Assembly (NCBI GenBank): GCA_035703635.1
Contig: DASSXV010000059.1
Span: forward strand, 1 to 13,641
Direction: 5' to 3'
DNA length: 13,641 nt
DNA from: Trueperaceae bacterium
GTDB taxonomy: Bacteria > Deinococcota > Deinococci > Deinococcales > Trueperaceae
Part shown: positions 8,116 to 13,641 of the stretch, in pieces
How the letters are laid out: the number at the start of each line of letters is the position of its first letter
Numbering within the stretch: position 1 is the stretch's first letter
The notes under the pieces: model-generated
Databases searched by the model: none
Seen by the model: the letters and a program-made list of their open reading frames with translations, nothing else
Told to the model about the DNA's origin: nothing
Position numbers and translations under genes: made by a program

Positions 8116-9263
8116 TAGTTCGCTCCGGCACCATCGGAACCGTGCGGTTCGTCCGGCATCTGGTCATGGGGCATGTCCATCGACTGGTGGCCGTGGCCGC
8201 CTCCCGAGTTGATCTTCTCGATCATGCCTGCCTCGATGACTATGCCGGCCAGGTCTACGTAACGGCGTTCGACGCCGTTAGCTTCGGCGCGCACGTTCTC
8301 GAGCTCGCCAAGCGTCTTGAAGGCGGAGAGGTTGAGGCCCATCGGGCTTCGCACCTTAACGCTTTGCAGGTACCTGGCGTCCTCCGCCTTGAGCCACGTG
8401 CCGGGGTTCAGGTAGTCGCTTACCCACGCCGAGTGGATCTGGTCCTTGGGGACCGTGCCGTCGACGAGGAAGGCCACCATGCACTCGATCGAGTCGAACT
8501 TGTACGCCTTGCCTGTCTTGGTGACGACCTGGGTAGCGAAGCGGGCGTCCGAGATGACCATGTTGCACATGGCGCACGAGTCCTGGCCGATGACGACCTT
8601 GGCTGGCTTAGGCGCCGAGCAACCCGAGAGGAGGAGCGCGACCACGAGGGCGGCGACCGTGGCGCCAGCGACGCGGCGGTGCTTGGTGCGCCCGCGGGCC
8701 CACATGACCACGTAGAGCCCGAGGCCGACTACGAAGCCACCAGCCAAGGCCACGGCGCCCCAGCCTGGCCAGGCCGTGATGTAGAAGTTCATGAAGATGC
8801 TAGTGCCAACCATCGGCGGGGTGTAACCCTCCATCGTGATGGCGGCCTTCGGGTCGACGGTGTGCCCGAACTGGTAGAGCCAGCGCGCGAAGTCGGACAT
8901 GCCGAGGGCGGCGAACACGCCGTAGAACCAGAGCCACGCCTGGAAGAGGCGCTTGCGCCCGACGATGGCGGCCACGATGCCGGTGAGCGAGACGAGCACG
9001 ATGAGGATGGGGAGGACCTTGAGTTCCCAGAAGTCGGCGGGGTCTAGGTGCATGAAACCGACGTAGTGGTTGAGGCCGTTGATGAGGTCGACGCGGCCAG
9101 TCAACTTGTTCGCCCAGATCTGCATGGCTAGGCCCTCTGGATACTGCGGCGCTTCGAAGTAATAGTGCCACAGCGGCCACACGAAGGTGAGCAGGGGGAT
9201 GAGTGCGGCCAGTGCTATCAGTGCGCTTAACGGCCAAGCTAGCTCGCGTGTGCGTGAGCGCAT
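8115..9263 (-). CDS. nosL: NosB-like membrane domain fused to NosL copper chaperone
   Basis: The N-terminal ~185 aa contain PLW..APQYPEGL.M.IW and INGLNHYVG followed by TM helices (clade II NosB-like). The C-terminal part has NosL motifs D.CAMCNMVISD, YKFDSIECM and SPMG. AAAGGAAG SD precedes ATG 9263. Confidence 0.88.
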   Translation of the reverse strand: MRSRTRELAWPLSALIALAALIPLLTFVWPLWHYYFEAPQYPEGLAMQIWANKLTGRVDLINGLNHYVGFMHLDPADFWELKVLPILIVLVSLTGIVAAIVGRKRLFQAWLWFYGVFAALGMSDFARWLYQFGHTVDPKAAITMEGYTPPMVGTSIFMNFYITAWPGWGAVALAGGFVVGLGLYVVMWARGRTKHRRVAGATVAALVVALLLSGCSAPKPAKVVIGQDSCAMCNMVISDARFATQVVTKTGKAYKFDSIECMVAFLVDGTVPKDQIHSAWVSDYLNPGTWLKAEDARYLQSVKVRSPMGLNLSAFKTLGELENVRAEANGVERRYVDLAGIVIEAGMIEKINSGGGHGHQSMDMPHDQMPDEPHGSDGAGAN

Positions 9264-9289
9264 TCTAGCTTCCTTTCTCGTATGCCAGT

Positions 9290-9447
9290 GGCGCGGCTTG
9301 CCGCGCCCGTGCTGGTGGGTTCGGGTCGGGTCCCGTGTGGGGACCCAACCCGAACCGAGGTACCCGTCCGGCGCTTACTGCCCAGGATGGTGGCGGACGG
9401 GGACTGGACCCCGCCGCACGCCCTTGAGCCGTGCGGCGAGGTCAGTC
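9290..9447 (-). other. Structured intercistronic element: four tandem stem-loops between nosZ and nosB-L
   Basis: Inverted repeats at 9402-9447, 9363-9401, 9318-9356 and 9290-9307, read directly from the sequence. Confidence 0.7.
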
Positions 9448-9450
9448 GGG

Positions 9451-11406
9451 TCAGAGGCCAAGACTCCAGGTGAGCGGCACGTCGGAGTCTGCTGGCGAGA
9501 CGCGTACGTAACCCTGCATCTCCTGGTGGAGCGCGGAGCAGAAGTCCGTGCAGTAGAAGGGGTAGACGCCTGGCTTGGTTGGGTTCCAGGTGATCGTCAG
9601 CGTCTGCCCAGGCTTGATGAGGATGTTGGCGTCCTGCATGCCTTGCACCGCGAAGCCGTGCGGGACGTCCCAGTCCTGCTCGAGGTTGGTCACGTGCCAG
9701 TAGACCGTGTCGCCGACCCTGATGCCTTCGATGTTGTCAGGCGCGAAGTGCGAGCGGATGGAGCTCATGTAGACGTGCACGTCGGTGCCCTCGCGCACGA
9801 CCTTCGTCTCACCCTCGTTCTTGACCACGTACGGGTGCTCGTTGGCTGCAAGGTCGTAGATGAGCTTGCTGTTGGGCGCCACGAGGTTGGCCGGGATGGC
9901 CTGCGCGTAGTGCGGCTCGCCGAGGGTGGGGAAGTCGAGGAGCATCTGCATGGTGTTGCCGCTGATGTCGATGAGCTGCGCTGACTGCGCGAGCTCTGGA
10001 CCCGTCGGCAGGTAGCGGTCCTTCGTGATCTTGTTGAGCGACACGAGGTACTTGCCCCAAGGCTTGGTGCTGTCGCCGCCCGGGATCATCAGGTGACCGA
10101 CGGAGTAGTAGACGGGCATGCGGTCGGTGACGGCGAAGTCCTTGAGGTTCCACTTGATGATCTCGGAGGTGATGAAGCAGCTCGTGTAGACGTTGCCCTT
10201 GTCGTCGAACTCGTTGTGCAGCGGGCCGAGGCAGGCGCGTTCGACCTGGCCGGCGACGATGTCGTCGAACTTGAGGATGGGCACGCCGTACGAGTAGCCG
10301 TCGTAGGACTCGTTCTCGATGGCCTTGAGCATCTTCTGGAAGCTGTGGACGGCGATGGTGGCGGAGAGCTTACCGCCAGGCACGATGAACTGACCGCTTG
10401 GGTCGACGTCGACGCCGTGCGGCGACTTGGGGGTCGGGAGGAAGTAGACGAGGTCGCTGCAGTCTTCAGGCTGCAAGACGGTGGCGGTGTCGTGCCAGGT
10501 CGTCTCGGCCGTGTGGGTGGCCTCGTTGATGAGGTTATGGGCGTAGTAAGACGGCAACTCGGTCGCTAGGCCCTCGGCCACGCACTGCTCGGCGCGGCGC
10601 CAGTTGACGGCCGTTACGAAGTCCTTGTCGTGCTGCGAGGCGTTGACCTCGAGCAGGGTGTGCGCCTCTTCGCTGTTGTAGGAGCTGAAGAAGCACCAGT
10701 CTGCCGACGGCCCCTTACCGCAGTGCGCCAGGTCGTAGTCGAACCCGGGCATCATGATCTGGAACGCCACGGCCATCTCGCCCGAGGTTGGCTCGACGGA
10801 GACGAACGTCAGCATGCCCTTGAAGTTACCCTTGTACTCGGCGATCGGCATGTCGCGCTGTGGCACGGGCACGCTGAAGCGCGTGCCTGCCACCACGTAC
10901 TCGCTGTTCATGGTCGTGAACGGCGATGGGTGGTTACCGGCGATGTTGGGGATCTCGATGATCTCGACCGTCTCGAACGTCGTGAGGTCGATGCGGGCGA
11001 TGCGTGGGGTGTTGTTGCCGTTGATGAAGATCCAACGCCCGTCGGGTACGCCGTTGGTCATGGAGAACTCGGGGTGGTGAGAGTCGTCCCAATAGACCGG
11101 GCCGTGCGAGGTATTGAACATGGCCTTGGTCTCTTCCGAGTAGCCGTAGCCGTTCTCACCGTACTGCGAGAATACGGGGATGTTCTTGATGGTGCGGCCG
11201 GACGGCAGGCCCACCACGCTGAGTTGGCCGTTGAAGCCCCCTGAGAAGAAGCCGTAGAACTCGTCGTGCTCGCCTGGCGGCACGAAGGTGCGGTTGGCGG
11301 CGTCGTTGGCTACGCGCGCGACGTTGCGCGCCCCTTGGGCGGCTACCAGGCCAGCGGCGAGTACCGCCAGGCCAAGTAGGACGTAGATGAGTTGTCGTTT
11401 CTTCAT
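9451..11406 (-). CDS. nosZ: Clade II (Sec-dependent) nitrous oxide reductase, 651 aa
   Basis: Sec-type signal MKKRQLIYVLLGLAVLAAGLVAAQG with no twin-arginine motif. All seven CuZ His motifs are present (DDSHH, AGNH, SPHG, GPLH, VGH, EPHY), plus CuA ligands DVPHG and CTDFCSALHQEM. No C-terminal haem c domain. GGGAG SD precedes ATG 11406; the ORF-track extension to 11619 overlaps the cytochrome gene. Confidence 0.97.
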   Translation of the reverse strand: MKKRQLIYVLLGLAVLAAGLVAAQGARNVARVANDAANRTFVPPGEHDEFYGFFSGGFNGQLSVVGLPSGRTIKNIPVFSQYGENGYGYSEETKAMFNTSHGPVYWDDSHHPEFSMTNGVPDGRWIFINGNNTPRIARIDLTTFETVEIIEIPNIAGNHPSPFTTMNSEYVVAGTRFSVPVPQRDMPIAEYKGNFKGMLTFVSVEPTSGEMAVAFQIMMPGFDYDLAHCGKGPSADWCFFSSYNSEEAHTLLEVNASQHDKDFVTAVNWRRAEQCVAEGLATELPSYYAHNLINEATHTAETTWHDTATVLQPEDCSDLVYFLPTPKSPHGVDVDPSGQFIVPGGKLSATIAVHSFQKMLKAIENESYDGYSYGVPILKFDDIVAGQVERACLGPLHNEFDDKGNVYTSCFITSEIIKWNLKDFAVTDRMPVYYSVGHLMIPGGDSTKPWGKYLVSLNKITKDRYLPTGPELAQSAQLIDISGNTMQMLLDFPTLGEPHYAQAIPANLVAPNSKLIYDLAANEHPYVVKNEGETKVVREGTDVHVYMSSIRSHFAPDNIEGIRVGDTVYWHVTNLEQDWDVPHGFAVQGMQDANILIKPGQTLTITWNPTKPGVYPFYCTDFCSALHQEMQGYVRVSPADSDVPLTWSLGL

Positions 11407-11447
11407 GCGTCTACTCCCTATGTGAGATGACTGCTCCGAACCGCGAC

Positions 11448-11903
11448 TTACAGACCTAGTCGCAGGTCGTTCTGGCGGAAGAACTCGAGGACCGCGCGCA
11501 CCTGCTCCTGCGTTAGTGGCAGTTGCGCCATCGGCGTCATGTACTCGGCGAGGAGCTCGTAGGCCGTCTCGTCGTTGAAGATCATCTCGTCCGTGTTGAG
11601 GACCAAGTTCATGATCCACTCGGGTGCGCGGCGCACCGTTACCCCGGCCAAGTCGGGTCCGACGTACCTTTCGCCGAACTTGTGGCAGGCCGAGCAGTAG
11701 GCCGTGAAGGTCGCTTCTCCCTCCGCCGCCATGGCGCTATCGATCTCGGCAGGCAAGGTGAGTTCTTGCACCGGACCGATGCCTTTCGGGAGCTGGTCGG
11801 TGGCTGACTGGGCGATGGCGGCGGCTGCTAATAGGGCGAGCACCGCCACGAGTGCGATGAGCGACCACGACCGTGCGTGGCCAACTGAACTGTTCTTCTG
11901 CAT
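11448..11903 (-). CDS. Exported monohaem class I cytochrome c (NosC-like), probable electron donor to NosZ
   Basis: AGGAGGT SD before ATG 11903, signal peptide ending AIA-Q, CSACH haem-binding motif, GPDLAGVT.RR.PEWI and a distal Met region YMTPM. It lies directly upstream of nosZ, as in many clade II clusters. Confidence 0.9.
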   Translation of the reverse strand: MQKNSSVGHARSWSLIALVAVLALLAAAAIAQSATDQLPKGIGPVQELTLPAEIDSAMAAEGEATFTAYCSACHKFGERYVGPDLAGVTVRRAPEWIMNLVLNTDEMIFNDETAYELLAEYMTPMAQLPLTQEQVRAVLEFFRQNDLRLGL

Positions 11904-12114
11904 CCGGGTACCTCCTGCGACAAGCCCATCCTGGACATGTGCATCCACATTACGAGCGGGCTGCTGGAGCCACCAGGGACGTTCTTCCCCATGTTCCTCT
12001 CATGTAAGTGGTCGTGGTAGTGCGGTGCGACTGCGACCTGGCGCGCACCAGGTAATCTCAGGTATTGCAGAGCGCGTCGGGGGCCTTGCAGCACGCGCCC
12101 AAGGAGTAATCGCT

Positions 12115-12780
12115 ATGTGGATCATCTTCATCGTGGCCATGGGGGCCAGCATGCTGGTGCAGCTGTACTTGCGGAACACCTATGGCCGCTGGCAGGCGCG
12201 GCCCGCCGCCTCCGGCCTCACCGGCGCCCAGACGGCCCGCGCCATCCTAGACGCTAACGGCCTCCAGGCCGTGCCGATAGAAGAAGTGCCCGGCCAACTA
12301 ACCGACCACTACGACCCCTCCAAGAGGGTGCTGCGCCTGTCGGCCCCCAACTTCCGCGGCGCAAGCGTCGCTGCCCACGCCGTAGCTGCTCACGAGGTAG
12401 GGCACGCCATCCAACACGCTCAGGCATACGGCCCATTGCGCTTCCGCAGCGCATTGGTGCCCGCCGCCAACATCGGCTCGCAGTTCGCGCCGTGGATCAT
12501 CATCGCGGGCGCCGTGCTCGGCGTCTTTGGGCTCATCCAACTCGGCATCGTGCTGTTCGGCCTGGCGGTGCTCTTTCAGGTCGTGACCCTGCCGGTCGAG
12601 TACGACGCCAGCCGCCGTGCCGGGGTAGAGCTCGCACGCCTCGGTATCGCGACTAGCGGTGAGGTGGCTGGCACCAAGCAGGTGCTCAACGCCGCGGCGC
12701 TGACTTACGTAGCCGCCGCCGCCGCCTCCGTCATGTACTTGCTCTACTACGTCTCGATGTTCATGGGCAACCGCGACTAG
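12115..12780 (+). CDS. Membrane-associated neutral zinc metallopeptidase (YugP/Zn_peptidase_2-like), 221 aa
   Basis: AAGGAG SD before ATG 12115. SGLTGAQTARAIL, GQLTDHYDP, AVAAHEVGHAIQH (HExxH), VTLPVEYDASRRA, VLNAAALTYVAA. Confidence 0.92.
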   Translation: MWIIFIVAMGASMLVQLYLRNTYGRWQARPAASGLTGAQTARAILDANGLQAVPIEEVPGQLTDHYDPSKRVLRLSAPNFRGASVAAHAVAAHEVGHAIQHAQAYGPLRFRSALVPAANIGSQFAPWIIIAGAVLGVFGLIQLGIVLFGLAVLFQVVTLPVEYDASRRAGVELARLGIATSGEVAGTKQVLNAAALTYVAAAAASVMYLLYYVSMFMGNRD

Positions 12781-12814
12781 TCTGGCGTAGTGGGCCGCGG
12801 CAAGCGGCTTGGAG

Positions 12815-13641
12815 TTAGCTGCTCTGTCCGAACCCCAGCATGCCAAGGGCGGTAGCTGCGCGTTCCACCGCCTCAACCTCCGTTAGCTGGCGTGCGAGAG
12901 CGTCGAGCCCGAGCAGGTGCTTGCGCTCCTTGTGCGCTAAGGCGCGCTGGACCTGGTGCCTTAGTTTGGCGTTCTCCTTGCGGTTGACTGGCGCAACGGG
13001 CGCCCCGATGCGCTCGCGCCAGCCGTCCGCCACGCGCAACAACACGTGGGCCTCATCGAAGCGCTCCAGTTGCGTTAGGTAGGCGGCCGTGCCCTCCAAG
13101 TAGAGGAGGTCGAGCACTGGCGCCTGCTGCGGGCGCACCAAGCCCAAGCCCTCCGCTAGCAGCAGGGCGGCGGACTCATGGTCCTTGCGCGCCAAGGCGA
13201 CGCGCGCCAAGTCGTAAAGGATGAACGCCGCGCCGCGGCCCTCTCCCTGCGCGCGCCGCACGCGCAGCGCCAACCTCGCTTGCGCCTCGGCGGTGTTCAG
13301 GTCGCCGCGGCCTAACGCCACCAGCGCGTTGCGGTGCCAGATGTTGGCGCAGCCGCTCGGCAGCACGAGCTGCTGGTAGAGGACGAACGCCTCCTGGCCA
13401 AGGCGCTCAGCTGAGGTCAGGTCGCCGGCGTACCAGGCTGCAACGCTGAGGTTGTCAAGGGCCATGGCCTCACCGAGGGTGTCGCCGTTGCGGCGCGTCA
13501 ACTGCAGGCTCTTCTCGTAATAGTCGGTGGCTGCGGCGCCATGGTCTTGGTCCAACGCGACGTTGCCAAGGCTAAGGTACGTGTTCGAAACCGCCTCGAC
13601 GTCGCCTTGTTCCTTGGCGAGCTCCAGGCTCTCCTTCAACA
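12815..13641 (-). CDS. Tetratricopeptide-repeat protein, C-terminal part (5'-truncated by the window edge)
   Basis: Successive TPR-like helices (SNTYLSLGNVAL..YYEKSL; AMALDNLSVAAWYAGDL; AFILYDLARVAL). The tail LEGTAA..EAHVLLRVADGWRERIGAP resembles C-termini of ATPase-TPR transcriptional regulators. The ORF runs off the window. Confidence 0.75.
   Translation of the reverse strand, partial: LKESLELAKEQGDVEAVSNTYLSLGNVALDQDHGAAATDYYEKSLQLTRRNGDTLGEAMALDNLSVAAWYAGDLTSAERLGQEAFVLYQQLVLPSGCANIWHRNALVALGRGDLNTAEAQARLALRVRRAQGEGRGAAFILYDLARVALARKDHESAALLLAEGLGLVRPQQAPVLDLLYLEGTAAYLTQLERFDEAHVLLRVADGWRERIGAPVAPVNRKENAKLRHQVQRALAHKERKHLLGLDALARQLTEVEAVERAATALGMLGFGQSS

Noticed and set aside
9290..9447. 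CRISPR array, tRNA or IS ends in the hairpin-rich spacer
   Set aside because: The four hairpins differ in sequence, with no repeat-spacer periodicity, no cloverleaf or T-loop motif, and no transposase or target-site duplication.
9402..9453. UGA followed by a hairpin as a possible SECIS or readthrough signal extending NosZ
   Set aside because: A second in-frame UGA follows two codons later (TGA CCC GAC TGA). The downstream frame is low-complexity, stops at TAG before nosB-L and is not in frame with it, and NosZ is already complete.
8097..9984. Long antisense ORFs (8097-9047, 9187-9984) and the many other shadow ORFs in the track
   Set aside because: They lie opposite or out of frame to well-supported genes, show no recognisable motifs, and are expected in high-GC DNA with few stop codons.
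11407..11619. 71-aa N-terminal extension of NosZ in the ORF track, containing RR pairs that could mimic a Tat signal
   Set aside because: It overlaps the cytochrome c gene in another frame. The ATG at 11406 has an SD and begins a clean Sec signal peptide, so the enzyme is clade II and not Tat-exported.
11704..12114. 137-aa N-terminal extension of the Zn peptidase
   Set aside because: It overlaps the cytochrome c gene antisense and the promoter region. The AAGGAG SD supports ATG 12115, where the family-like sequence begins.
12794..12810. GCCGC-ggcaa-GCGGC-tt as a terminator between the peptidase and TPR genes
   Set aside because: Only a 5-bp stem with a 2-nt U tail, too weak to call in GC-rich DNA.

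Overview
GC-rich bacterial genomic window. The flanking genes give a Deinococcota/Trueperaceae-like impression, which is inference and not tested. The core is a complete, apparently co-transcribed clade II (Sec-dependent, 'atypical') nitrous oxide reductase cluster on the minus strand (11903->5289): monohaem cytochrome c (nosC-like), nosZ, a nosB-nosL fusion, nosD, nosF and nosY. There is no nosR/nosX/nosGH and no other denitrification gene in the window. Left flank: a 14-TMS DHA2 MFS exporter, a small Gly-rich membrane protein, an FAD-dependent glycerol-3-phosphate dehydrogenase, a small 2-TM protein and a TlpA-like thioredoxin converging on the nos operon. Right flank: a divergent YugP-like Zn metallopeptidase and the 3' part of a TPR protein. 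The most notable details are (1) a 187-nt spacer after nosZ filled with four back-to-back hairpins whose mismatches resolve as G-U pairs on the mRNA strand, (2) an internal lipoprotein signal peptide and a His/Met-rich tail in the NosB-NosL fusion, and (3) six non-ligand cysteines in NosZ. No mobile element, CRISPR array or RNA gene was seen.
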